Part shown: positions 19,491 to 28,561 of the stretch, one piece after another
Numbering within the stretch: the first letter of the stretch is position 1
Layout of the letters: each line of letters begins with the position of its first letter
From: Bacillota bacterium
Lineage (GTDB): Bacteria > Bacillota > Ch66 > Ch109
NCBI GenBank assembly: GCA_050952625.1
Contig: JBMNLH010000001.1
Location: forward strand, 768,001 to 832,000
Length of the DNA: 64,000 nucleotides
Direction: 5' to 3'
The notes under the pieces: model-generated
Seen by the model: only the letters and a program-made list of their open reading frames with translations
What the model was told of the DNA's origin: nothing
Database searches by the model: none
Program-made: the position numbers and the translations under genes

Positions 19491-20810
19491 ATGAGAATCC
19501 TAATTCGCGACTGTGCCATATTGCCCATGACTGGTAAAGGTGATTATCTTCCCCAGGGCGATATTGCCATTGAAGGGAGTTTGATTCGCGGGGTAGCCCC
19601 GACTGGAGAATTAACTAAATCCGGACAGCTACCGGCTGACTGGCAGCCGGAGCGAACGATTGAAGCCAGGGGCAAGGTGGCCTTGCCCGGTTTGGTTAAT
19701 GTCCATACCCATGCGGCTATGACTTTATTGCGCGGTTATGCGGATGATATGGCTTTAATGCCTTGGCTGCAGGAAAAAATTTTCCCGGCGGAAGACCGTT
19801 TAACCGGCGAGGATGTTTACTGGGGAACGTTGCTGGCCAATCTGGAAATGCTGAAATCAGGCACTACCTGCTTTGCGGACATGTATTTCTTCATGGATGA
19901 GGTGGCCAAGGCCGTCGATATTTCAGGTATCCGGGCTTCGTTATCTCGTGGCTTGGTTGGCGTCGGACCCAACGCAGAACAAGCTCTGGCCGAAGGAGCT
20001 GCTTTTGTTCGGAATTGGGATGGACAGGCTCAGGGAAGAATTACTGCCCGGTTGGGGCCTCATGCGCCTTATACCTGTCCCGTTGAGTATTTGAAGAAAG
20101 TGATCACCCGATCTGACGAGCTGGGGGTAGGGATCCACATCCACCTAGCCGAAACTCGAGACGAGGTTAAGAATATCGTCAATGAGCACGGTCTGACCCC
20201 GGTCCAGTTAATGGAGCAAACTGGGCTTTTTCAGCGGCCCGTTCTGGCTGCTCATTGCGTCCACCTGAATGACCAGGATATCAAGATTCTTAACCAACGT
20301 GCCGTTGGTGTCGCCCACAATCCGGAGAGCAATATGAAGTTGGCCAGCGGAGTCGCGCCGGTACCGCAAATGCTGCAAAAAGGGATCGCCGTTGGTCTGG
20401 GTACTGACGGAGCTGCCAGTAATAACAATCTTGATCTGCTGCAAGAGATGCGCAGTGCGGCTCTGTTGCACAAAGTCTTTACTAATGATCCAACTGTTTT
20501 ACCAGCCTATCAGGCTTTAGAGATGGCTACTTGGGGCGGGGCTCGGGCTTTAGGACTAGAGCAAGAGATTGGTCGCTTAATCCCTGGTTATAAAGCAGAT
20601 CTAATCTTAATTGATCTGAATAAACCTCATTTTTGTCCGCGCCACGATATCGTCTCCCATCTGGTTTATTCAGCCCTCGCTTCGGACGTAGAATTAGTGG
20701 TGGTAGACGGCCGAATAGTTGTCGAAAGCAAACAGGTACTGACGCTCAATGAAAAAGAGATTATGGCCAGTGTTGAAGAACGAGCGCAGCGGCTGGTGCT
20801 TGATCTGTAA
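19491..20810 (+). CDS. mtaD: MTA/SAH (5'-deoxyadenosine) deaminase, amidohydrolase family
   Basis: PGLVNVHTH, PHAPYTC, HIHLAET, AHCVH, NPESNMKLASG, GTDGAASNN; in an MTA salvage cluster. Confidence 0.88.
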   Translation: MRILIRDCAILPMTGKGDYLPQGDIAIEGSLIRGVAPTGELTKSGQLPADWQPERTIEARGKVALPGLVNVHTHAAMTLLRGYADDMALMPWLQEKIFPAEDRLTGEDVYWGTLLANLEMLKSGTTCFADMYFFMDEVAKAVDISGIRASLSRGLVGVGPNAEQALAEGAAFVRNWDGQAQGRITARLGPHAPYTCPVEYLKKVITRSDELGVGIHIHLAETRDEVKNIVNEHGLTPVQLMEQTGLFQRPVLAAHCVHLNDQDIKILNQRAVGVAHNPESNMKLASGVAPVPQMLQKGIAVGLGTDGAASNNNLDLLQEMRSAALLHKVFTNDPTVLPAYQALEMATWGGARALGLEQEIGRLIPGYKADLILIDLNKPHFCPRHDIVSHLVYSALASDVELVVVDGRIVVESKQVLTLNEKEIMASVEERAQRLVLDL

Positions 20811-21147
20811 AGTCGTTATTTGTCGGTCATACTCTTTTTTGGTCGTTGCTTGCCATTAAGGGTTTACCAATAGATTATAAGCTAAATATAATAGTTATAT
20901 TATGGTTGCCCCAAATTAAGTATACAGTATTTATGGTTTACAGGTATTTGTTTCGCGGTAAACATCTGATATTCTTATATTAAAATACTGAATAATTTTA
21001 TGCTTAGGTTAAAGAGCTAATAATTTTTTGGATAAATATAGGGAGTTTGACGGATATACACTCAACCTGGGTGATATATAAGCAAACTGAGGTATTATTG
21101 AGAACACCGGAACATTTATTAGCTAACCAGCAGATACAGGATTGCAG

Positions 21148-21237
21148 CCGGGCAGATAGAGCGCGAGAATTGTCGTATTCTGCGCTAGGTAGGCCGGAGC
21201 TAATACCTGCCAAAAGTATTAGCTCCGGCTTTATTTT
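21148..21237 (+). ncRNA. Candidate cis-regulatory leader RNA with intrinsic terminator upstream of oadG/oadB unit 1
   Basis: Homologous to 27854-27932; hairpin AGCGC-G-AGAAT/ATTCT-GCGCT then a 14-bp terminator stem GCCGGAGCTAATAC/GTATTAGCTCCGGC and TTTATTTT. Confidence 0.6.
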
Positions 21238-21556
21238 GTATACAAAAAGCTTGGTCTAGGGTCTATACACATTAATTAATATTTGATAAGCTGAAGACGG
21301 TGTTTGTCAATGGTTCACTGTGATTAATAATACTTAAAAACTATATATTTGAATTAATTAAAGATATTTTGTCGAATTTAATAGTTTGGGAAAGGGTGAT
21401 GCAGTAGATTAGGCGGGAGTAGTTTTATTTGTGTCTAGGAATTTATTTTCGACTTAATCCGTAAATTGTTGAGTGGCGAAGGTTGTTGAACTTTCTGAAT
21501 TTAATGGATTCCTTGAACAATCTAGTTCTTATAACAATAACCAGGCAGGGAGGGAT

Positions 21557-21694
21557 ATGATGTTTTCCGGTATAGAGTGGGATTTGGTTTGGCGTGTTTG
21601 CATTTATGGACAATTAAGCGTTTTTATCGTGCTGACATTATTGATGATTTCTGTATATGCCACTTCATTTATCATTAGTCGAATAACTGAGTGA
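21557..21694 (+). CDS. OadG-like small membrane subunit
   Basis: 45 aa with one TM segment (GQLSVFIVLTLL), SD GGGAGG, directly upstream of oadB. Confidence 0.7.
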   Translation: MMFSGIEWDLVWRVCIYGQLSVFIVLTLLMISVYATSFIISRITE

Positions 21695-21774
21695 ATTTTA
21701 TTATGTAATTTTTATTTTGTAATTACAAATTTTGAATTGATTAATACACTATACAAAATAGGGAGAGGCTAGGG

Positions 21775-22896
21775 ATGTTAGAGATTTTTCGGGAGTTGTT
21801 TGAGGCCAGCGGATTATCGGTGTTGACAATCAAACAGGTAATTATGTGGCTGATTGCTATGATTGTCATGTATTTAGCTATTAAAAAGGAATTTGAACCC
21901 TTGTTATTGCTGCCGATTGGCTTCGGGATCTTATTAGCTAATTTACCTAAGGCGCATCTTATGGAAGAAAACATGCTGCTCTGGTTTTTTTATAACTACG
22001 GAATTAAAACAGAAATAATCCCTTGTTTGATCTTTCTAGGACTCGGGGCTTTAACTGATTTTGGTCCGTTGATTTCCAATCCGAAGAATTTGCTTCTAGG
22101 AGCAGCTGCTCAGGGGGGAGTCTATATTACTTATTTTGGGGCCATCCTAGCCGGCTTCACCATCAAAGAAGCAGCCGGGATTGCCATAATTGGGGGAGCC
22201 GATGGACCGACGACCATCTATGTCCTGTCTTATTTGGCACCATACCTTATGGGGCCTTGTGCGGTGGCCGCTTATTCCTACATGGCGATGGTCCCGCTGA
22301 TTCAGCCCCCGATTGCCCGACTCCTGACAACCAGGAAGGAACGATTGATTCGGATGCCGATGTTACGGCCGGTTAGTAAAACAGAGAAAATTATTTTTCC
22401 CATTGTCTCCACGATTGTCATCGTTATCTTAGTGCCCACAGCTGCTCCTTTAATCGGTCTGTTTATGCTGGGCAACCTGTTTAGAGAATCTGGAGTGGTG
22501 GAACGGCTGAATGATGTAGCTCAGAACGCTTTATTGAATATTGTAACCGTCTTTTTGGGGGTAGCCGTTGGCGCAACGATGAGTGCCGAAACCTTCCTGG
22601 ATCCTCAGGTGCTGTTTATCTTTGCCCTGGGAATAGTAGCCTTTGCGGCGGCAACTGCCATGGGGATAATTTTTGCTAAGATCATGAACCTGTTCCTAAA
22701 GGAAAAAATCAACCCCTTAATTGGCGCGGCCGGGGTTTCAGCGGTACCGATGGCCGCTAGGACAATGCACCGGGTCGCTCAGGCAGAGGACAAAAAGAAT
22801 TATATTCTGATGCAAGCGATGGGGCCAAATGTCGCCGGGGTGATTGGAACCGCTGTGGCGGCCGGGATGTTTATTGCGATGTTAGCTGATAAGTAG
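21775..22896 (+). CDS. oadB: Na+-translocating decarboxylase beta subunit (paralog 1)
   Basis: EPLLLLPIGFG, IIGGADGPT, AAYSYM, NPLIGAAGVSAVPMAAR, MGPNVAGVIG. Confidence 0.93.
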   Translation: MLEIFRELFEASGLSVLTIKQVIMWLIAMIVMYLAIKKEFEPLLLLPIGFGILLANLPKAHLMEENMLLWFFYNYGIKTEIIPCLIFLGLGALTDFGPLISNPKNLLLGAAAQGGVYITYFGAILAGFTIKEAAGIAIIGGADGPTTIYVLSYLAPYLMGPCAVAAYSYMAMVPLIQPPIARLLTTRKERLIRMPMLRPVSKTEKIIFPIVSTIVIVILVPTAAPLIGLFMLGNLFRESGVVERLNDVAQNALLNIVTVFLGVAVGATMSAETFLDPQVLFIFALGIVAFAAATAMGIIFAKIMNLFLKEKINPLIGAAGVSAVPMAARTMHRVAQAEDKKNYILMQAMGPNVAGVIGTAVAAGMFIAMLADK

Positions 22897-22924
22897 TTGG
22901 CTAAGCTAAGTAACGCAATAAAAT

Positions 22925-22966
22925 AAGCAGGAAGGTCCTTTCCGGTAAGGGTCTGCCTGCTTTTTA
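22925..22966. terminator. Terminator between oadB and the convergent minus-strand genes
   Basis: AAGCAGG...GGTCCTT/AAGGGTC...CCTGCTT with A-rich and T-rich flanks. Confidence 0.6.
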
Positions 22967-23139
22967 TTGCTAATACCTTCATATTGATCCATTGATACTA
23001 GAGGTTTATAATTCTACTCTAAAAATTAGGCTGCGCTTGGGTAATAACTTGATCAAACACCGCACGATCATAATTTTTCGTGGTCTGATAAGGCTGTCGA
23101 GCGGCATGGGGTCTACTCGCGATTATTGGCTTGCCTTGT

Positions 23140-23634
23140 CTAGGTTTTTTCTAGTTCTTTCTCCAGTATTTGTTTGAGACAAATAACTTGCTCTTGCTTA
23201 AAGGGGCCAATCAAGTGACTTTCTGCCGGTTCTCCCTGCAGCGTTAACCACAAACTTCCGCACCGGCTTAATTTTTCAAGGGGTGAGTGCCCTAGCTCTA
23301 TTCGCTTAATGTGCTCAAGCGGGATTGTTGTCCGAGTCATCTGCTTTCTAGGACAGATAAGGAGACTTTTGTTTGTCAGAATAACTATTTCCTGTGATTC
23401 TCGGTAGATGGTCAAAATAGCTAAAAGGATCACGATGCTAAAAATAATCCCAGAAAAATTCATAATCCAGGTGGTCCGGCTATTAATCAAAGAATTAGGG
23501 AGCCGGCTAGGCCAAATAAACCAGAATAATACAAGCGCAATTACTGCCAGGAGAGTTATTCCACCGGCAAGCAGATAATAACGGGAATCTCTTTTAAGGC
23601 TTACAATAACCTCTTGAGTATGCGGGCTCTTCAT
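23140..23634 (-). CDS. Membrane protein with two TM helices and a bacterial PH-like domain
   Basis: Two hydrophobic segments followed by ILTNK..., IPLEHIKRIEL..SPLEK...CGSL, resembling bPH_2 domains. Confidence 0.6.
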   Translation of the reverse strand: MKSPHTQEVIVSLKRDSRYYLLAGGITLLAVIALVLFWFIWPSRLPNSLINSRTTWIMNFSGIIFSIVILLAILTIYRESQEIVILTNKSLLICPRKQMTRTTIPLEHIKRIELGHSPLEKLSRCGSLWLTLQGEPAESHLIGPFKQEQVICLKQILEKELEKT

Positions 23635-23645
23635 TAGGCTCCCCC

Positions 23646-24149
23646 CTATTGTACGTGAAATTGTCGCGCAGCTATATTTTCGTCTGCTCGGTAAATTCGG
23701 AGTAAGTATTGTCCCGGCGGCAGACCAGGAATGGTACCTAAAACATTTTGTTTTCCTGCCTCAACCGGTAGAGTGCAACTAAAAATGGGTGACGGTTGGT
23801 CTTTCGGGATATCCTGGGTTAAGTTGTGCAATTCAGCCGTCAACTCATTAACTCCGTAGCCTCCAAAACTTCTGACTGAAAAAAAGATCGGGCTGCCGGT
23901 CGGTAGTGGAGCGGAAGTGGTCCGTACCGTGGCCCGGGCGTGATCAGCTTCGGTTCCGATTAGAACAGCCGCCGGGTATTTTTTATCTTGCGGAATAGAT
24001 GTCGCCGGCTGGGCTGAATTCTTGTCAGATGGAACGCTACATCCCGTTAGGACAATACAGAGCATCGATATCAGGAGGTAGGTTCCAATAATTCTATAAT
24101 GGCCCTGTTTTTGACCGGGGTTGGTTAGCTTCACTTCAATCACTTCCAT
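23646..24149 (-). CDS. Putative lipoprotein
   Basis: Hydrophobic stretch ending in lipobox VLTGC; beta-rich C-terminus (LPPGQYLLRIY); start uncertain. Confidence 0.6.
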   Translation of the reverse strand: MEVIEVKLTNPGQKQGHYRIIGTYLLISMLCIVLTGCSVPSDKNSAQPATSIPQDKKYPAAVLIGTEADHARATVRTTSAPLPTGSPIFFSVRSFGGYGVNELTAELHNLTQDIPKDQPSPIFSCTLPVEAGKQNVLGTIPGLPPGQYLLRIYRADENIAARQFHVQ

Positions 24150-24373
24150 ATTTGCAGTTTTTCTACTCCGTTAACTATATTAGCAGGCTTGAATGTTTTT
24201 GTATAGAGGATGCGGGAATCGTGATAAAAACTGCCCTTCAAGTCGTAATTTTTAAATTCAATCAAAAATCCGCTTATCATTATCTTCCTTTCTTATTCTT
24301 GATTATGGTACTATTTTTCTAAACCCTAACACAGAACCGTTTTTCACACTCTAAGTAGAAGGGGGAATGAGCA

Positions 24374-24814
24374 ATGCTGAAAAAAATTTTAGTGCCAACT
24401 GATGGCTCAAAGAGTGCAATCAAAGCGGTTACTTATGCTAGACAAATGCTGCAGGAAGGAATAGCTGAAAAAATAACCCTTTTACACGTTGGTCCAGCAA
24501 TTGAAGAGCGATGGGGGTATTATGGTTTAGCCAATGCCGATGTAGAGTTGAGGTATCAATGCGTTTTAAGTGATGAAGGAAAACGAATATTGCGCATTTC
24601 CAAGAGACCATTTGAAGAAGCCGGTTTGCCAGTAGAAGTTATTCATCTGTGTGGTGATTCGGCTGAAACTATTATCAGTTACGCCGAAGAAAACAAGTTT
24701 GACCTAATAGTTATCGGCAGCCGTGGTTTGAATAAACTGGCAGAGTTATTGTTGGGCAGTGTTTGTGATCGGGTCATTCGGCTGTCTACGGTCCCGGTTT
24801 TAATCGTAAGGTAA
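24374..24814 (+). CDS. Universal stress protein
   Basis: KKILVPTDGS, DLIVIGSRG...LLGSV, PVLIVR. Confidence 0.93.
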   Translation: MLKKILVPTDGSKSAIKAVTYARQMLQEGIAEKITLLHVGPAIEERWGYYGLANADVELRYQCVLSDEGKRILRISKRPFEEAGLPVEVIHLCGDSAETIISYAEENKFDLIVIGSRGLNKLAELLLGSVCDRVIRLSTVPVLIVR

Positions 24815-25036
24815 ATATTAAATACCGGAGATGGCCGAAATCCTAAGGTATATCGAGGATACGGAGTTTATACGTTCAGGAATAAGAAATACAAGCATCA
24901 ATAGTTGTAAATAATAGATTATTAGCTTTTGCATTTCTTAACCAAAAAATATATACTCTCCGCAGAGGCTTTAATGCGGTGAGTGGTTAAAGCAAAGCAA
25001 AATGGTTGTCCTAATGGAAATCTGAATGGCAGCACT

Positions 25037-25064
25037 GAAAAACCGTTGCTCCCGGTTTTTCTTT
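25037..25064 (+). terminator. Intrinsic terminator about 220 nt downstream of usp
   Basis: GAAAAACCG/CGGTTTTTC followed by TTT. Confidence 0.55.
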
Positions 25065-25186
25065 ACTCGATTATATATGGTTAATAACTTTTTGACTCTT
25101 AACTAATATTAGTCGCAATTTCCTGGCTGTTTTGTGTTTACTATTATATAATATAGTTTGTAGTAATCACTGAGGCTTGGTGAATT

Positions 25187-25219
25187 GCCGGTACTAAGCT
25201 AATTTTTTAGTACCGGCTT
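25187..25219 (+). terminator. Leader hairpin/attenuator upstream of hppA
   Basis: GCCGGTACTAAG/TTTAGTACCGGC; stem sequence related to those at 21193 and 27901; U tail is short. Confidence 0.5.
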
Positions 25220-25451
25220 AATCATGTACTAAATAACATAAATGTTCCCAATAAAATTACAAGGAGGAGATAGATATCAAATAAGTTATCGCTATAGTTA
25301 AATATCAGGGTACTACATATTTTAATCGTCAATAATATCTAATGAAATTTCAAAATAGGAGGTCCTGGACTGCTAAATAAAATAATGGTCAAATGAAACA
25401 ATGCTTAGTTGGGTAGTTTTATTATATTGATTCCAGGAGGCAGAAGTTATT

Positions 25452-27437
25452 ATGTCAGAAAACTTACAAATGGTATTATTGTACGGGGCACCGGCTGTGG
25501 GAATTTTTACTTTATTATTTGCTTGGATGCAAATCCTAAAGGTAAAACGCGAGCAGCCAGGCAATGCCCGCATGCAGGAAATTGCCGGGGCTATTCACAG
25601 TGGGGCCATGGCCTTTTTACGTCGTGAATATACGACTTTGCTTGCCTTTATAGCGGTGCTTTTTTTAATCTTAGCCTTAAAAATTGATCTGCGAACCGCG
25701 ATTTGCTTTATGGTCGGGGCCTTTTGCTCAATGACTGCGGGCTTTATTGGGATGACAGTTGCGACTATGGCTAATGTGCGGACCGCTAATGCGGCGCAGC
25801 ACTCACAGAACCGGGCTTTAGGGATTGCCTTTTCCGGGGGATCCGTGATGGGAATGTGCGTAGCTGGACTAGGTCTGCTCGGTTTAGGTGTTCTTTATCT
25901 GATTTATAAGGACCCGAATATTGTGAATGGTTTTGCGCTGGGCGGGAGCTCAATCGCTCTGTTTGCCCGGGTTGGCGGCGGAATATATACTAAAGCAGCC
26001 GATGTCGGGGCTGACCTAGTGGGTAAGGTTGAGGCCGGTATTCCGGAAGACGATCCCCGCAACCCGGCCGTGATTGCCGACAACGTAGGAGACAATGTCG
26101 GTGATGTGGCTGGCATGGGGGCTGACCTTTTCGAATCATTTGTCGGCTCAATTATTGCCTCGATGGTGTTGGGGATAACCCTTTTCTCCGCGGGTCAGCA
26201 GTTTAATGCAGTCATGTTTCCTTTGATGATTGCGGTGGCTGGTACCTTGGCCTCGATTTTGGGAACCTTCTTTGTTCGTTCGGATGAAAAGTCTAGCCCA
26301 CAGAAGGCTTTGAACTATGGAACTTTTGGGAGTGCCGCTTTAGTTATTCTCTTTTCTTACTTTGCGTCTAAGCAATTAATGGGTGAGATAAGCTACTTCT
26401 GGGCGGTGTTAGCCGGGATTCTTACCGGGACCGCGGTAGGTTTAATCACCGAATACTATACCTCCGGTGATTATAAGCCGGTTAAGGGGATTGCCGAACA
26501 ATCACAAACTGGACCGGCTACAACGATTATTTCCGGGATGGCGGTCGGGATGATGAGTACGGCTTTGCCGATTCTGGTTATTGCCGCTGGTATTTTAGTC
26601 GCCTTTAAATTTGCCGGCCTTTATGGAATCGCTCTCGCAGCGGTCGGGATGCTATCGACCACGGCCATGGTGGTTTCGGTTGATGCCTACGGACCAATTG
26701 CCGATAATGCCGGTGGTATTGCCGAAATGGCGGAGATGGATCCCGGTGTCCGCAAAATAACCGACCGGCTGGATGCAGTTGGCAATACAACAGCGGCGAT
26801 TGGGAAGGGATTTGCCATTGGTTCAGCGGCCCTCACCGCTCTAGCCCTATTTTCTGCCTTTACAAGTTCAGTAGGTCTTGCCAGCATTAGTCTTCTAGAT
26901 CCGCAGGTCATGGTTGGTCTATTGATTGGCGGGATGCTGCCCTTCTTGTTCTGCGCTTTAACCATGAGTGCCGTGGGTCGAGCGGCTTATCGGATGATTG
27001 AGGAGGTTCGGCGCCAATTCAAGTCCATCCCAGGCTTAATGGAAGGTAAAGCCAAACCTGACTATGCCCATTGTGTCGATATTAGTACCAGCGCAGCCAT
27101 TAAAGAAATGGTTATTCCCGGACTGATGGCTGTAGTTATTCCGCTGCTGGTCGGGATGGTTCTGGGCAAGGAGGCCCTTGGCGGGCTATTAGCCGGAGCG
27201 TTGGTCGCGGGGGTTCTATTGGCGGTAATGATGGCCAATGCCGGTGGGGCCTGGGATAATGCCAAGAAGTATATTGAGAGTGGCAATTACGGGGGAAAAG
27301 GGACCCCAACTCACGCTGCAGCCGTAGTGGGAGACACGGTGGGGGATCCTTTCAAGGATACCTCTGGCCCTTCGTTAAACATTTTGATAAAACTAATGTC
27401 TATTGTATCTCTCGTTTTTGCTCCACTATTTATGTAG
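25452..27437 (+). CDS. hppA: Membrane pyrophosphatase, K+-dependent, probably Na+-translocating
   Basis: [36 protein letters not shown]; GNTTAA (Ala marks the K+-dependent class); DLFES Glu as in Na+-PPases. Confidence 0.93.
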   Translation: MSENLQMVLLYGAPAVGIFTLLFAWMQILKVKREQPGNARMQEIAGAIHSGAMAFLRREYTTLLAFIAVLFLILALKIDLRTAICFMVGAFCSMTAGFIGMTVATMANVRTANAAQHSQNRALGIAFSGGSVMGMCVAGLGLLGLGVLYLIYKDPNIVNGFALGGSSIALFARVGGGIYTKAADVGADLVGKVEAGIPEDDPRNPAVIADNVGDNVGDVAGMGADLFESFVGSIIASMVLGITLFSAGQQFNAVMFPLMIAVAGTLASILGTFFVRSDEKSSPQKALNYGTFGSAALVILFSYFASKQLMGEISYFWAVLAGILTGTAVGLITEYYTSGDYKPVKGIAEQSQTGPATTIISGMAVGMMSTALPILVIAAGILVAFKFAGLYGIALAAVGMLSTTAMVVSVDAYGPIADNAGGIAEMAEMDPGVRKITDRLDAVGNTTAAIGKGFAIGSAALTALALFSAFTSSVGLASISLLDPQVMVGLLIGGMLPFLFCALTMSAVGRAAYRMIEEVRRQFKSIPGLMEGKAKPDYAHCVDISTSAAIKEMVIPGLMAVVIPLLVGMVLGKEALGGLLAGALVAGVLLAVMMANAGGAWDNAKKYIESGNYGGKGTPTHAAAVVGDTVGDPFKDTSGPSLNILIKLMSIVSLVFAPLFM

Positions 27438-27486
27438 CAAACCTTCATTACAAAACCATCATTAAAATTAAAAATCATGTTTGTTG

Positions 27487-27525
27487 AGCCCAGTATTTAA
27501 GATGCTAAATACTGGGTTGTTTTTT
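27487..27525 (+). terminator. Intrinsic terminator after hppA
   Basis: AGCCCAGTATTTA/TAAATACTGGGTT followed by a T run. Confidence 0.8.
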
Positions 27526-27853
27526 ATCGTAGCCATGATTGTTTTTTGTTGGTTTGCAATAAGAGGCAAAAAGGGGCATCAGATAGACATAACTTATGAA
27601 TATTAACTATATCACTGTTATCTGACGATAATCAGCACTTTGCTTTTTGCGTGGCAAAAGATATACTCACGATTAGAGCTGGGTAGATTTAGCTGAAAAT
27701 TTAGATGCAATGATACCAACGGCAACACAGAAAGGTAACCAAGCAAAAAGGGCTTTTCCTGAGAAACTAGCAGGCACGACGTTAAAACGGCGAAGTGTGG
27801 GCAGTTAGGTTAGGTGACAGTGTCGTGAGGTATATCAGCGATGAGTTTATGAA

Positions 27854-27932
27854 CCGAGCAGACAGAGCGAGCGAAAATCCTGTTTTCAGGTGCTAGGTGG
27901 GCCGGTGCTAATAGTATTAGCACCGGTTTTTT
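27854..27932 (+). ncRNA. Candidate cis-regulatory leader RNA with intrinsic terminator upstream of DUF2294-oadB-oadG unit 2
   Basis: Homologous to 21148-21237; terminator CCGGTGCTAAT/ATTAGCACCGG followed by T6. Confidence 0.6.
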
Positions 27933-28017
27933 ATGCTAAAATAAAGTGAATATTATTTTTTACTTTTGTTCTACCGCAAGTGAATTTCGGTAGATTGATA
28001 GAGAGCGAGGGGTAACC

Positions 28018-28426
28018 TTGTCATTGCGGGTGAAGATTGAAGGGGAGATTTCCCGAGCGATGACTAAATACTACCGGGAGATGTTAGGGAAGGGACCAGA
28101 GGAGACAAAAGTATATATTATTGAGGATATGGTACTGGTCCGTTTTCGTGGCATCCTCACTAGAAAAGAGCAGCAATTAGTCAGAACTCAACGGGGCTGT
28201 GAATTGGTGAAAGAGATGCGTCAGGTTCTCCGCGATTCAAACATAGATGAGGAAGAAAGAATTATTACGGATTGTACCGGTTTTTCAGGTTATCAGCAGT
28301 CACTGCGACTTAAGTACGAAAACCGGCGAGATGGTTATAATCTTTATCATGGATCAAAATGTTGGTCGGATATTCAGTGGAAAGTCCTGCGGAAAAGAAA
28401 TGGTTGTATCCCGGCATCCGGTTTAA
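28018..28426 (+). pseudogene. DUF2294/MpsC-family gene with a one-base frameshift (pseudogene or sequencing error)
   Basis: N-terminus LGKGPEETKVYIIEDMVLVR.RG.LT..E; removing one T from TTTTT at 28281-28285 gives TGFQVISSHCDLSTKTGEMVIIFIMD, the expected family C-terminus, with stop at 28424-28426. Confidence 0.8.
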
Positions 28427-28561
28427 GCCGGAACCTTTTTATTATTAAAAGTATATAGTATATAGGAATTCAGAACGCCCCGGGGCCATTGTGCAGATTG
28501 GAAAGGTCATGAGAATAAAAAGCCGGCCTAGTTGCTTGTTGACTAATTCGTAAAAGGGTGG

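Noticed and set aside
21047-21259. 70-aa ORF (and opposite-strand 69-aa ORF) upstream of oadG/oadB 1
   Set aside because: Overlaps the conserved leader and terminator, and no equivalent peptide is evident in the second leader
24828-24850. GGAGATGG as the start of a fluoride riboswitch
   Set aside because: No matching pseudoknot partner or downstream conserved segment
24834-24970. Possible c-di-AMP (ydaO) riboswitch: GCCGAAATCCT...AGGATACGGAG and a later CTCCG
   Set aside because: Core elements (GGAACC, GGGGUUAAUC, CCCGUCAGCUAAC) are absent; at best a decayed remnant
27721-27756. GGCAACACAGAAAGG...GCAAAAAGGGC resembling a c-di-GMP-I aptamer
   Set aside because: The stem around GAAA does not pair and the second hairpin is missing
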